Sequence record: PZ738962.1
Reading direction: 5' to 3' (one strand)
DNA from: a phage
DNA: 64,000 nucleotides
Shown here: positions 13,422 to 23,008 of the stretch, in pieces
How positions within the stretch are numbered: the first letter of the stretch is position 1
Layout: the number at the start of each line of letters is the position of its first letter
The notes under the pieces: model-generated
The model's input: the letters and a program-made list of their open reading frames with translations, nothing else
Database searches by the model: none
What the model was told of the DNA's origin: nothing
Made by a program: the position numbers and the translations under genes

Positions 13422-14117
13422 ATGGAAAAGAACGAATTACTGATCGAACAATGGGGCGTTCCTTGTGCTCGCGGTAGTTCGTCATTGCTTGAATCATTTG
13501 ATGATAAGGCTACAGGAAATCTCTATATTCAAGGGATTTTCCTGCAAGCCGAAACGGTAAACCGCAATAAACGCTGGTATCCTCGCAGTGTTCTAGAAAA
13601 TGCGGTTACTAAATACATACATGAACAAGTTGAGACACATCAAGCTCTAGGCGAACTTAATCACCCAGCAAGAGCAATGCCAGATCCATCTAATGCTTGC
13701 ATCATAATTGAAAAATTATGGTGGGAAGGTAATAACGTGATGGGTAAAGCCCGTGTTATTGAAGGGGATAAAGGCGCAGGTGATAAACTTGCTGCACTGA
13801 TTCGCGCTGGCTGGATTCCTGGCGTTTCCTCCCGTGGGTTGGGTCGGTTGAAAGACTCTGGTCGCGGATACAATATTGTACAGGAAGGTTTTGTGTTGAC
13901 GGTTGGTGTTGATGTTGTATGGGGTCCGAGCGCACCAGATGCGTGGGTAACTCCGGTGGTTGAGTCAACGGATAGCGATTCTAGCGCGTCAGACGCACCA
14001 GAAATCGATAAAACCGAAAAAGTGACTAACCCTACAGCCTCACAACAAAACATCGTAGAATCGAATAATAGCGCGTTTATGGCGCTCGCAGAAGCGTTAT
14101 CTAAACGCTATAAATAA
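13422..14117 (+). CDS. 21: prohead core protease gp21
   Basis: 231 aa; synteny between 68 and 22. Confidence 0.7.
   Translation: MEKNELLIEQWGVPCARGSSSLLESFDDKATGNLYIQGIFLQAETVNRNKRWYPRSVLENAVTKYIHEQVETHQALGELNHPARAMPDPSNACIIIEKLWWEGNNVMGKARVIEGDKGAGDKLAALIRAGWIPGVSSRGLGRLKDSGRGYNIVQEGFVLTVGVDVVWGPSAPDAWVTPVVESTDSDSSASDAPEIDKTEKVTNPTASQQNIVESNNSAFMALAEALSKRYK
14109..14116 (+). promoter_or_regulatory. T4-type late promoter TATAAATA upstream of gene 22
   Basis: exact TATAAATA about 30 nt upstream of the gene 22 ATG. Confidence 0.5.
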
Positions 14118-14148
14118 TAACGTCGTTATCAACAAGAAGGTTATAACC

Positions 14149-14943
14149 ATGCTTAAAGAAATGCTGCTCGAAGAAGCAAAACAGATCACCGTAGACGTTG
14201 CTCTCGATGACCTGTTTGAATCCGTCGAACTGTCGCCGGAAGTAAAAGAAAATTTTGGTACTATCTACGCTCAGGCGGTAAAAGCTAATGCTGTTGCACT
14301 GGCAGAAAGCCACATTGAAAAAATCGCCGCTAAAGCCGATGAACTGGTAGAATCAAAGGTCGAAGAAGCACGCACCGAGATTGAAACCAAACTGTACGAA
14401 GATGCAGATAAATTCCTGAATCACTTAGGCGCTAAATGGCTGGCAGAAAATAAAGAAGCCGTCACCCGTAATATTAAAGCGGATCTGTGCGAATCCCTGA
14501 TTGGTTCTCTGAAAGATGTTTTCGTTACTCACAATGTTGTAGTACCGGAAGAATCTGTAGACGTTGTTGCTGAACTGGACGAAGCACTCAAAGAAGAAAA
14601 AGAAAAAACCTCCGAACTCTTTGATGCCAAACTGCAACTTGAAAGCGAAATTCGTGGCATGAAGCGCGAACAAGCGATCAATGAAAGCACTCGTGATCTT
14701 TCCGATACTCAGAAAGAAAAAGTAACCGCGCTGATTGAAGGTCTGGAATATAGCGAAACTTTCGATAAGAAATTAACTGCAATTGTCGAAATGGTTGCTA
14801 AGAAAGAAGACAAACCAGCGAAGATTGAAGAATCACTAAATACTGATGCCGACAAGCTGAATGTTATTGCAGAAGCTGTCGAAGAATCAGAGAAAAAGGC
14901 AACTGTAGATTCCGGCGTATCCCGCTACCTGAATTTCATCTAA
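14149..14943 (+). CDS. 22: prohead core scaffold protein gp22
   Basis: 264 aa, acidic coiled-coil composition; synteny. Confidence 0.75.
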   Translation: MLKEMLLEEAKQITVDVALDDLFESVELSPEVKENFGTIYAQAVKANAVALAESHIEKIAAKADELVESKVEEARTEIETKLYEDADKFLNHLGAKWLAENKEAVTRNIKADLCESLIGSLKDVFVTHNVVVPEESVDVVAELDEALKEEKEKTSELFDAKLQLESEIRGMKREQAINESTRDLSDTQKEKVTALIEGLEYSETFDKKLTAIVEMVAKKEDKPAKIEESLNTDADKLNVIAEAVEESEKKATVDSGVSRYLNFI

Positions 14944-14961
14944 TGTAATTCAAATCTACTT

Positions 14962-14969
14962 TATAAATA
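14962..14969 (+). promoter_or_regulatory. T4-type late promoter TATAAATA upstream of gene 23
   Basis: exact TATAAATA about 33 nt upstream of the gene 23 ATG. Confidence 0.6.
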
Positions 14970-15002
14970 CTTTAGGTTAACAACAAACAAGGTTTAAAGA
15001 AC

Positions 15003-16601
15003 ATGAAAACTACCAAAGAACTGATGGAAAAATGGTCCCCGCTGCTGGAGAACGAAAAACTGCCGGAAATCGCAACTGCGTCTAAGCAGAAACTGGTTGC
15101 TAAAATTCTGGAATCTCAGGAAGCGGATTTTGCTGTAGACCCGATCTATAAGGATGAAAAAGTTGTTGAAGCATTCGGTGGCTTTATCGCAGAAGCCGAA
15201 GTTGCTGGCGACCACGGTTATGACGCATCTCAGATCGCGGCTGGTCAGACTACTGGTGCAATCACTAACGTAGGTCCGGCTGTTATCGGTATGGTTCGCC
15301 GTGCTATTCCTAACCTGATCGCATTTGATATTTGTGGCGTTCAGCCGATGAGCACTCCGACTAGCCAGATCTTTGCAATCCGTTCTGTATACGGTCCAGA
15401 TCCGCTGGCAGGTGGCAATGCTCAGAATGTTCGTGAAGCATTCCATCCGATGTATGCGCCAGATGCTTTCCATAGCTCTCTTGCTGCTAAAGGTGCATCT
15501 GTAGGTTCTCCGAATGGGACTCCGTTTGCTAAACTAACTATCAATACTCAGATTGAAGCAGGTGATATTGTACACCACACCTTCGCAGAAACTGGCATTG
15601 CATATCTGCAAAACGTTACCGCTGGCGCAGTAACCCCGGCCAAATCTGGCAGCGAGTCCGAAGATGAAGTTGTCATGAAGCTGATGGAAGAAGGTAAACT
15701 GGCTGAAATCGCTTTCGGTATGGCGACTTCCATTGCCGAAATTCAGGAAGGCTTTAACGGTTCCAGCAATAACCCGTGGGCTGAAATGTCAATGCGTATT
15801 GACAAACAGGTTGTTGAAGCGAAATCTCGCCAACTGAAAGCCCGTTACTCTATCGAAGTTGCGCAGGATCTGCGTGCTGTACACGGTATGGATGCTGACG
15901 CTGAACTGAATGCTATCCTGGCTAACGAAGTTCTGCTGGAAATCAACCGTGAAATCGTTGACGTGATCAACTTTACCGCTCAGGTTGGTAAGACTGGTAT
16001 GACTCAGACCGTTGGTTCTAAAGCTGGTGTATTTGACCTGCAAGACCCGATCGATACTCGCGGTGCTCGTTGGGCTGGTGAATCCTTCAAATCTCTGATC
16101 TACCAGATCGACAAAGAAGCTGCTGAAATCGCTCGTCAGACTGGTCGCGGTGCTGGTAACTTTGTTATCGCTTCCCGTAACGTTGTAAACATTCTGGCTT
16201 CTGCTGATCAGGGTATCAGTCTTGCTATGCAGGGTGCTGCAAAAGGTCTGAATACCGACACCACTAAAGCTGTTTTCGCTGGTGTTCTGGCTGGTAAGTA
16301 CAAAGTGTTCATCGACCAGTATGCTCGTCAAGACTACTTCACCGTAGGTTACAAAGGCGACAACGAAATGGATGCTGGTATCTACTATGCTCCGTATGTT
16401 GCTCTGACTCCGCTGCGTGCAACTGATCCGCAGTCTTTCCACCCGGTTCTGGGCTTCAAGACTCGCTACGGCATCGGTATTAACCCGTTTGCAGACAGCA
16501 AATCCCAGGCACCGTCCGCTCGCATCACCTCCGGTATGTTGAGCAAAGACAGCGTAGGTAAAAACGCATACTTCCGTCGTGTATGGGTTAAAGGTTGCTA
16601 A
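15003..16601 (+). CDS. 23: major capsid protein gp23
   Basis: 532 aa; synteny; strongly biased codon usage typical of a highly expressed late gene. Confidence 0.9.
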   Translation: MKTTKELMEKWSPLLENEKLPEIATASKQKLVAKILESQEADFAVDPIYKDEKVVEAFGGFIAEAEVAGDHGYDASQIAAGQTTGAITNVGPAVIGMVRRAIPNLIAFDICGVQPMSTPTSQIFAIRSVYGPDPLAGGNAQNVREAFHPMYAPDAFHSSLAAKGASVGSPNGTPFAKLTINTQIEAGDIVHHTFAETGIAYLQNVTAGAVTPAKSGSESEDEVVMKLMEEGKLAEIAFGMATSIAEIQEGFNGSSNNPWAEMSMRIDKQVVEAKSRQLKARYSIEVAQDLRAVHGMDADAELNAILANEVLLEINREIVDVINFTAQVGKTGMTQTVGSKAGVFDLQDPIDTRGARWAGESFKSLIYQIDKEAAEIARQTGRGAGNFVIASRNVVNILASADQGISLAMQGAAKGLNTDTTKAVFAGVLAGKYKVFIDQYARQDYFTVGYKGDNEMDAGIYYAPYVALTPLRATDPQSFHPVLGFKTRYGIGINPFADSKSQAPSARITSGMLSKDSVGKNAYFRRVWVKGC

Positions 16602-16686
16602 TATAAGCCAATTCCTGAAAACTCCGGTCGGGTGCAATACCCGACTTATCATAAACCTTATGACAGTGTAAAGTGTTAATTCCAAA

Positions 16687-16715
16687 GGGAAGACTCGAAA
16701 GGGTCTTCCCTTTTT
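16687..16715 (+). terminator. rho-independent terminator after gene 23 (gggaagac-tcgaaa-gtcttccc-TTTTT)
   Basis: perfect 8 bp stem plus T5 read directly. Confidence 0.7.
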
Positions 16716-16731
16716 GCGTATTATAACCCGT

Positions 16732-16739
16732 TATAAATA
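16732..16739 (+). promoter_or_regulatory. TATAAATA late-promoter-like motif in the 23-24 spacer
   Basis: exact octamer just downstream of the gene 23 terminator. Confidence 0.35.
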
Positions 16740-17292
16740 AGGTTGCAAGCCTATATTCTATTGGGAGCGAAAATAGATACACACAACAAAGACAGGAAGA
16801 TGCAGAACATCGGTGGGTCGCGAGCCTAAATCCGGTGGCTATGATATGTGATTTCTTTTGATGCTGGATTTATTAAAACACAACAAACAATTCCACCAAT
16901 TTTCGTAGTAACTGCATGGCAAAGGGACCAATGAATGAAATGAGCGTTCATGTTGATATTGGGTCGGATAGATTTGGTAGATATACAGATCTGGTGTATG
17001 CCGACCTTGTTATGACATTCCAGTGTGACGCTAGCGGTAATTTTTGGTTTTGGTACGCTGTTCCCCGAATTAACCCAAAATTCTCCATAAGGAGGAATGC
17101 ATGAGTAAGAAAGAAAACAGCTATGTTATGACTCGTAAGGAATACAACGAATTGATGTTAGCATTAGCTTATGCAATTATTCGTTCTGATCATGCAATTA
17201 ATCTGGTAAACAAAGTTAACCGTAGCGTTGATAATGTTTCTAGGAAGAAGTAAGTTTATTTTTGGAATCCTTTGGATTCCTTTTTCTTTTTG

Positions 17293-17300
17293 TATAAATA
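17293..17300 (+). promoter_or_regulatory. T4-type late promoter TATAAATA upstream of gene 24
   Basis: exact TATAAATA about 38 nt upstream of ATG 17338. Confidence 0.55.
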
Positions 17301-17337
17301 TGATATATCCATTAAGGCAAATACAGGATTCATAAAC

Positions 17338-18579
17338 ATGACTCATATTTTTACTGAACTGTTGCGGGAATCTACTTCCTCAGTAGCTAACCAGACAGCG
17401 CGACCGCAACTATTATCATTAACTCGCGCGGTAAACAACCTGATTTTCTCTGATCTGGTAGCAATCCAGCCAACGGATCAACCAGTATCTGCATTGTACG
17501 GCCTACGTTATCTTAATCGTGATGGTCAGATGACTTTCCGAACTGCTGCGACCTACGGTGGCGCGGCTGGTGATCGCACAGAGATTGAAGAGTTTTCAAA
17601 AGAAAAATCTTATGACGAAGGCGCACTATTCAAATCAGGCGATGTTGTATACGAAGTTGTGACCGCTGGTACAGTCGGTGAAGATGCCGAAACTCCAGAA
17701 GCTGCAATCTTTAAAGGCGTAATGACAAACAAAATTCGTTTCTACAGCGATTGTGCATCGGTAGAATACTTTGAAGATAAAAACACCGAAATTTCGTCTA
17801 CCTCTATGCAGTTTGATAAATGGCAGGTTAATGTAGGTTCTCGTAAACTGAAAACCTCATTCACGACCGAATTGATGCAGGATCTTGAGGCAAGCCAAAT
17901 CAACTCTGAAAACTCTGTAATTGATCTTCTGGCTACTGTTGCTTCCGAAGAGATCAACAAAGATATTATTCAGAAGTTGATCACTGTATCATCTCGCTAT
18001 AAAATTAAAGGGATCACCCCTGATGGCGTACTTTCTCTCGTTAGCGTTCAGGATGCACCAACACAAGCGCGTGAACTTTACCGCTACGCGTGCGAAATGA
18101 GCAATCAAATGTTGCGTACTTCCTCCTTTGCTGGTACATACGTTTTGGCTTCTTCTCGCGTGGTTGGCCTCCTGCAATCTACCGGGTGGATGGAAGAAAC
18201 CGACAATGCTCTAAGCGAAGGTCGTCTACGTTGCGGTCTGGAAGTGTACGCAGACACGACAACACCTTTCGATTATATGCTCGTTGGTTGTAAGCACATG
18301 ATCGGTGATATGGAGAGTGTAGGTTCTCTGTTCTACTCCCCATATACAGAAGCCGACGGCGCTGGAGCGTATAAGAGCGTAATTGACCCTAATAGCTTCC
18401 AGCATCATGTAGCTATTATGAATCGTTATTCACTATCTGTCAACCCATACACATCAAAAGTTGATCAGGAAGAACACCAGGTCATCAAGGGTGACGATTG
18501 GGGTAAAATGGCTGGACGTTCAGAAATGTCCTACATTTTAGGAATCGAACTGCCACCGCTTGAGATTGACAACGCTTAA
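17338..18579 (+). CDS. 24: capsid vertex protein gp24
   Basis: ORF-track start 17272 is TTG; ATG at 17338 gives MTHIFTELLRES... collinear with recalled T4 gp24 (ELLREST..., RPxLxxLTRA, LEANG/LEASQ, NPYT). Confidence 0.85.
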   Translation: MTHIFTELLRESTSSVANQTARPQLLSLTRAVNNLIFSDLVAIQPTDQPVSALYGLRYLNRDGQMTFRTAATYGGAAGDRTEIEEFSKEKSYDEGALFKSGDVVYEVVTAGTVGEDAETPEAAIFKGVMTNKIRFYSDCASVEYFEDKNTEISSTSMQFDKWQVNVGSRKLKTSFTTELMQDLEASQINSENSVIDLLATVASEEINKDIIQKLITVSSRYKIKGITPDGVLSLVSVQDAPTQARELYRYACEMSNQMLRTSSFAGTYVLASSRVVGLLQSTGWMEETDNALSEGRLRCGLEVYADTTTPFDYMLVGCKHMIGDMESVGSLFYSPYTEADGAGAYKSVIDPNSFQHHVAIMNRYSLSVNPYTSKVDQEEHQVIKGDDWGKMAGRSEMSYILGIELPPLEIDNA

Positions 18580-19167
18580 CTAAATATCTAACCAAGACAA
18601 GTCAGATCCGCCCAAGATTTTTTCGACGGCGGATCTATTTTCTTGATGATATAAGTTAAAACATGGTATCCCATGTCTACGGGCAACATAAACAGCAATT
18701 CTAGTTCCTCCAGAAACGATTCCATTAACTTCTTTCGCCCAGAATATCACACAATCTACAGGATCATCAAGTGTCTCACCTAAGACTTGAGCAACATTTC
18801 TCGAAAACAGATTTTGCATGTATAACGGTATAGAACGAGGATTATCATAAACGTGTTCTAATTCATCCATCGCCAGATTTTTTTGTTCTAAGGTTTGCCA
18901 TGCAATCACATCATGACCGTTATGCTTGTGGTCATAAAACTTCCAATTTGGAATGAAAATTTTTCTATAATCTGGATCGTAATACTTCATGAAAGCATTG
19001 TCCATACCGTAAGCCCCTCCAGAATGCGCTACAACGCGATTTTCTGACAATACCCTCCCAATGGTACTAGCCATTATCAAAATGTCGCTAGGCGCTTTTC
19101 TAGAGCCGATTAAAGCACATCTACGAAGTGGTTTTACTCCAAATAGATCTTGTAACTGGTCAAACAT
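18580..19167 (-). CDS. DprA/Smf-like (SLOG-fold) protein
   Basis: 195 aa; ALIGSRKAPSD, HSGGAYGMD, SRNVAQVLG, GGTRIAVYVARRHGIPCFNL resemble the DprA Rossmann-like domain; good Shine-Dalgarno. Confidence 0.45.
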   Translation of the reverse strand: MFDQLQDLFGVKPLRRCALIGSRKAPSDILIMASTIGRVLSENRVVAHSGGAYGMDNAFMKYYDPDYRKIFIPNWKFYDHKHNGHDVIAWQTLEQKNLAMDELEHVYDNPRSIPLYMQNLFSRNVAQVLGETLDDPVDCVIFWAKEVNGIVSGGTRIAVYVARRHGIPCFNLYHQENRSAVEKILGGSDLSWLDI

Positions 19168-19320
19168 AATATTTCCTCCATAGAAAGCAATATCATACTA
19201 CAAGTTAATAACAAATACAAGTATCCGCGTAGCGGAAGCGAGCACAGCGAGCATTAAAAACACTTCCAGTAATTGATTAATAAATGTTCGAAACAAATTT
19301 TTATTATTCTATAAGATAAG

Positions 19321-19343
19321 TCTTCGTTTTGATCATAATTTAA
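19321..19343. repeat. direct repeat copy 1 (tcttcgttttgatcataatttaa) in the AT-rich intergenic region
   Basis: identical 23-mer recurs at 19469..19491. Confidence 0.5.
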
Positions 19344-19468
19344 ACATACATGTAAAACTACACAAAAGGATATCGCTTCGCGAACTCCTACGGAGTATAA
19401 CATTTGTGTTACAATATGTAGTGATTAATAATTAACCAAAGATACATTTTCTATGTTCTAAAGATCTT

Positions 19469-19491
19469 TCTTCGTTTTGATCATAATTTAA
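19469..19491. repeat. direct repeat copy 2 (tcttcgttttgatcataatttaa)
   Basis: identical to 19321..19343, 148 bp apart. Confidence 0.5.
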
Positions 19492-19544
19492 TCAAACAGT
19501 ATTAATATTGTGCATATGTAAACTAAAATTATGTTAATAATAGA

Positions 19545-19571
19545 TACAAAAAAGCCGCCCAGAAGGACGGC
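19545..19571 (-). terminator. rho-independent terminator (minus strand) after the 145 aa gene
   Basis: gccgcccagaaggacggc stem-loop followed by T-run on the minus strand. Confidence 0.6.
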
Positions 19572-19580
19572 TAATGTTAA

Positions 19581-20018
19581 TTATTTGTTGATAACGATCT
19601 GATTTCGGCGAATGGTAACATTACTCTTAGAGATGATCAGATCATCCGGCACTACGTTAGTTTTGTATGGTTGGAATCGAACAAGCATCTGATTGCGTTT
19701 AGACCCTTCCTTAATCTTGATTTCCATCTGGATATTGTTGCCTACGTGAGCAACCGCAATTTCACCTTTATTCTCATAGACCCACTTGCTGGTAACGTCT
19801 CCAGCAAAAGCCTTAATAACTTGCAATGCTTCGTCGTATGCGGTAGAGCTGTGAACTTTCAGAAGGCCAGCCGTAGCAAGACGGGAGCAGGTGATCGCCG
19901 GAGATTGCCAAACATCAACATTAATTTGCTCAATCAGAGTAACACCGCCCTGATCAACTGCTTTGAATGCTTCGAACATTGCCTTTTTCATTGCTACGTG
20001 GTTTTTACGGAATTTCAT
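19581..20018 (-). CDS. hypothetical protein
   Basis: 145 aa; ATG with GAGGTG Shine-Dalgarno. Confidence 0.45.
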   Translation of the reverse strand: MKFRKNHVAMKKAMFEAFKAVDQGGVTLIEQINVDVWQSPAITCSRLATAGLLKVHSSTAYDEALQVIKAFAGDVTSKWVYENKGEIAVAHVGNNIQMEIKIKEGSKRNQMLVRFQPYKTNVVPDDLIISKSNVTIRRNQIVINK

Positions 20019-20064
20019 AATTAGTCACCTCTATTGATTAGTTATTCAGAATATTAATTACAAA

Positions 20065-20340
20065 TCAGGACATTGCCCGTTTGAATGCGTCCATTATAAC
20101 AGTGTTATTTGGCTTGTCAACACGTTTTTGAACTTTATTTTTAAATTTTTTGTTGATGTGGTGTTTACGATAAACAACCTTTTCACGATTGGCGTAAGAC
20201 TCTCGTGCATCTTTTACCATCAACCATGCCTTAGCCGCATCTTGTCCGCTGATCCCGCCAATCTTCTTAGCAATATCAACAAAATTAAGACCGTGGTCTT
20301 CGCGTAGCATGTAAACCATTAACGCTGTTTTCTTGTCCAT
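20065..20340 (-). CDS. hypothetical protein, possible helix-turn-helix
   Basis: 91 aa; LNFVDIAKKIGGISGQDAAKAW looks like a helix-turn-helix. Confidence 0.35.
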   Translation of the reverse strand: MDKKTALMVYMLREDHGLNFVDIAKKIGGISGQDAAKAWLMVKDARESYANREKVVYRKHHINKKFKNKVQKRVDKPNNTVIMDAFKRAMS

Positions 20341-20537
20341 TACTTCGCCTCATTGACGATTAACAGGATAGTGATCAGTACCGGAAACTGGATCATGACA
20401 GTACCAAAAAACCGGATAAACGCATTTTCTGACTTCCACACATGACATGCGACTAGCTGATAGACCATTGTTGCAACCAAAGCCAGAAAATACATCTCGA
20501 TTGGTGCTTCTTTGATCAATCGTACAATCTCATTCAT
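20340..20537 (-). CDS. small membrane protein (two predicted transmembrane helices)
   Basis: 65 aa, hydrophobic segments; start overlaps stop of the downstream gene. Confidence 0.3.
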   Translation of the reverse strand: MNEIVRLIKEAPIEMYFLALVATMVYQLVACHVWKSENAFIRFFGTVMIQFPVLITILLIVNEAK

Positions 20538-20689
20538 ACTTCACCTCATACATTCATAAACACAACAACGAATAGGACAGTAACAGTTATTAAAGCCATT
20601 TTCAACCCCATATTCATAATATTTTCCTCATAAGGTAACGCCCTGTTGATGTGTGCCATTATAAGCCACTAAATCACACTGTCAAGCAC

Positions 20690-20721
20690 TAAAAACAAAA
20701 AAGCCACCCCGAAGGATGGCT
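20690..20721 (-). terminator. hairpin plus T-run (minus strand) downstream of hoc
   Basis: agccatccttcggggtggct then TTTTTTG on the minus strand. Confidence 0.45.
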
Positions 20722-20732
20722 GATAGATTTCA

Positions 20733-21947
20733 TTAAGCAGGATGCGTTTCACGAATGCGTAGAACTCGCTCTAACGTCTCTCGGTCCAGTTTATGTAACT
20801 TTTTGGACTGATACATGAAACCATTGCGAGATTCCATGCAAGTGCAATCACTATATTTTTCTTCCGCTGCCGCGATTGTCTCCAGATCTTTGGCGTACTT
20901 GCTGGTTGAATAAACTTCTCGGTTACGCCACTCTAACCCAGCCTCATTGAATTTAACAATCTCGTCAAATACCCACCATCCAATGTAGATAAATGAAGTT
21001 TTGCGCCACGGGATCGGGTGTACGTAACGAAACATTTTAACAACTTCCATTGAACATTTTCTACTTGTACTTGTTGCAACTTCTACTGTTTCATCTTCGA
21101 TCTGTTGATATAGTTTAGCAACACACCAGAATTTGGCTGTGTCATCGTAAGTAGCACTCTCTTTGAACAGATGACCGTCTGGCATGATAGAAAATCCTTC
21201 CTGTGCTTCGCCGACCTCACTACCGATCAGAGTCGGTGGCATTTGCCCTTCGCGCTGCAAATACCAGTTATATTTGATCGTCAAATTAGGCATACCGCTA
21301 GAATCGCCTACAATGTTCTCTGACACAACATAATTAAGTGATATCTCATTACCTAGTGCCACGGTCTTTGATTCCACCACATCCTGATCTACGTTCATTG
21401 TTGCCAGCATGATTTTAGTCGATGTGCTAGCGGCTGAATCTTCCGACTCACCCCACACTTTTACAGTATACACGCCGTTTTTATCTGCTGTAAATTCTTG
21501 GATCGTAATATCCTTTTTTGTGTCTATAACTTCTTCGCCCTTACTCCAACTATAATGTAGTTCATAGTTGTCTGATGGAGTCTTCCCACCCGAAAATTTT
21601 ACTGTTGCATGTAATTCTACGTTTGTTTGTGATGATACGTAGAAATGCTGCGGTTCGGTGATATTTACGATTAATTCAGCTTCTTCCATGAGGAAAACTT
21701 CAGATTCTACTGATGTCATCGTATCGGTATCCTGTACCGTTACTTTATAGCTACCCGCATTTTCACTTGTTGCGTCTGCTACAGTTAGCGTAGCTGTGCT
21801 ATTTTCATGCGGTTGGTCGTCTTTTGTCCATGTATATGTCAAATTGCTGGGTAATGGTTCGTCACCCGCTACAGTCGCCGTTAAGGTGAAACCATCTCCA
21901 GCAAGAAAACATCTTTTGTCAGATTTAATTGATACTGTGAAAGTCAT
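20733..21947 (-). CDS. hoc: Hoc-like outer capsid protein with Ig-like domains
   Basis: 404 aa; repeated beta-rich Ig-like segments (e.g. LTYTWTKDDQP...AGSYKVTV); position between 24 and uvsW as in T4. Confidence 0.65.
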   Translation of the reverse strand: MTFTVSIKSDKRCFLAGDGFTLTATVAGDEPLPSNLTYTWTKDDQPHENSTATLTVADATSENAGSYKVTVQDTDTMTSVESEVFLMEEAELIVNITEPQHFYVSSQTNVELHATVKFSGGKTPSDNYELHYSWSKGEEVIDTKKDITIQEFTADKNGVYTVKVWGESEDSAASTSTKIMLATMNVDQDVVESKTVALGNEISLNYVVSENIVGDSSGMPNLTIKYNWYLQREGQMPPTLIGSEVGEAQEGFSIMPDGHLFKESATYDDTAKFWCVAKLYQQIEDETVEVATSTSRKCSMEVVKMFRYVHPIPWRKTSFIYIGWWVFDEIVKFNEAGLEWRNREVYSTSKYAKDLETIAAAEEKYSDCTCMESRNGFMYQSKKLHKLDRETLERVLRIRETHPA

Positions 21948-22212
21948 ATAAAGCCACTCCCATAGAAAATCCGAATTTAATTAATTGAAATAGTTGATTG
22001 CCATCAACCAGATAACCATTGCGAGATTCCAATACATGAGTATTAGAATAGTGATGCAACGAGGCCGAAATAGTATCGATCTCGTCTGGGTATTTGTTCT
22101 GTTTGATGTAATACATTGATTTTGTTAGACATGTAGTATCCTCTTTTTAATTGCATAACGGAACTACAATTAAAATTATAACAAATATTTCACAACTTTT
22201 ATCACCCAAAAA

Positions 22213-22938
22213 TTACTTGAGTGTGTGGAATTGGCTGTGTTTAGTCTCTCGCACCTTGACAGACCCATCGCGTTTGATATAATAGATCAGCGACTTGAGG
22301 GTGTCGTGTACATACGCGTGCGGGAAACGCTCTGGATACTTCTTCCAATCTGGAGTATTAACGATCCAGTCGAAAATCCACCACGGACAGGAGTAGTAAC
22401 CACGACCGCCACCGATCAAGCAAATGGTCGGACGGAAGCCAGTAAGATCGCAAAATGAATCAGTGTCATGTGCTGGGGAACGATGCTCTGCTTCGTTAGA
22501 GAAAATGTTGGCTACCGGAGATTCCACTTTAACTTCCGGTGCTTCTTCAACATCTGACTTAACTTCTTCGACCACTGGTTCAACTGCCGGAGATTCTTCT
22601 TTTGTTTCTTCAATGACGATCTCAGGTTCTTTCATTGCTTCAACCAGAGACGGATCAACTTCGTCGAATACCACTTTATCATCTGCGGTGTCTGCTGCCA
22701 GAATAAGATCGTTAATACTGGTTCCTTCTGCCGGAGTTTCTTCTTCCATTTCGGAAGCCAGTTTAGTTAATTCTGTTTCTACGAACTCGATCATGTTCTC
22801 TAGCGAGAGCGTCTTTTTGACCTTTATATCAAATTGTTTTGCGTAGTCCGCTAATTCTGTTTTAGCGGCTTTCTGTGATTCTTTGTCGTCGGACGCCGCA
22901 ATAGCGCGGAGTTCTTCGAAATATTCTTTATCAAACAT
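22213..22938 (-). CDS. inh: Inh-like protein (assigned by position only)
   Basis: 241 aa, acidic central region; lies between hoc and uvsW as T4 inh does. Confidence 0.35.
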   Translation of the reverse strand: MFDKEYFEELRAIAASDDKESQKAAKTELADYAKQFDIKVKKTLSLENMIEFVETELTKLASEMEEETPAEGTSINDLILAADTADDKVVFDEVDPSLVEAMKEPEIVIEETKEESPAVEPVVEEVKSDVEEAPEVKVESPVANIFSNEAEHRSPAHDTDSFCDLTGFRPTICLIGGGRGYYSCPWWIFDWIVNTPDWKKYPERFPHAYVHDTLKSLIYYIKRDGSVKVRETKHSQFHTLK

Positions 22939-22964
22939 GTTATTCTCCTGATTGGGGGTGTTTG

Positions 22965-22972
22965 TATAAATA
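22965..22972 (+). promoter_or_regulatory. T4-type late promoter TATAAATA upstream of uvsW
   Basis: exact TATAAATA about 37 nt upstream of ATG 23009. Confidence 0.5.
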
Positions 22973-23008
22973 TTTGTATACTGTATTTATTGAGTGAGGC
23001 TATTCGCT

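Noticed and set aside
13661-14053. 130 aa minus-strand ORF inside gene 21
   Set aside because: Antisense to a late structural operon with no promoter or Shine-Dalgarno context.
15789-16685. 298 aa minus-strand ORF
   Set aside because: Antisense to the major capsid gene 23, whose identity is strongly supported; shadow ORF.
17272-17337. ORF-track N-terminal extension of gene 24 (and similar extensions of uvsW, 25, 30, 32, pseT and several small genes)
   Set aside because: The ORF track begins these at GTG or TTG; the next ATG has a Shine-Dalgarno and matches the recalled T4 N-termini or lies downstream of the promoter -10, so the extensions were trimmed.
22424-22846. 140 aa plus-strand Ser/Thr-rich ORF
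   Set aside because: Antisense to the inh-like gene and low complexity; shadow ORF.
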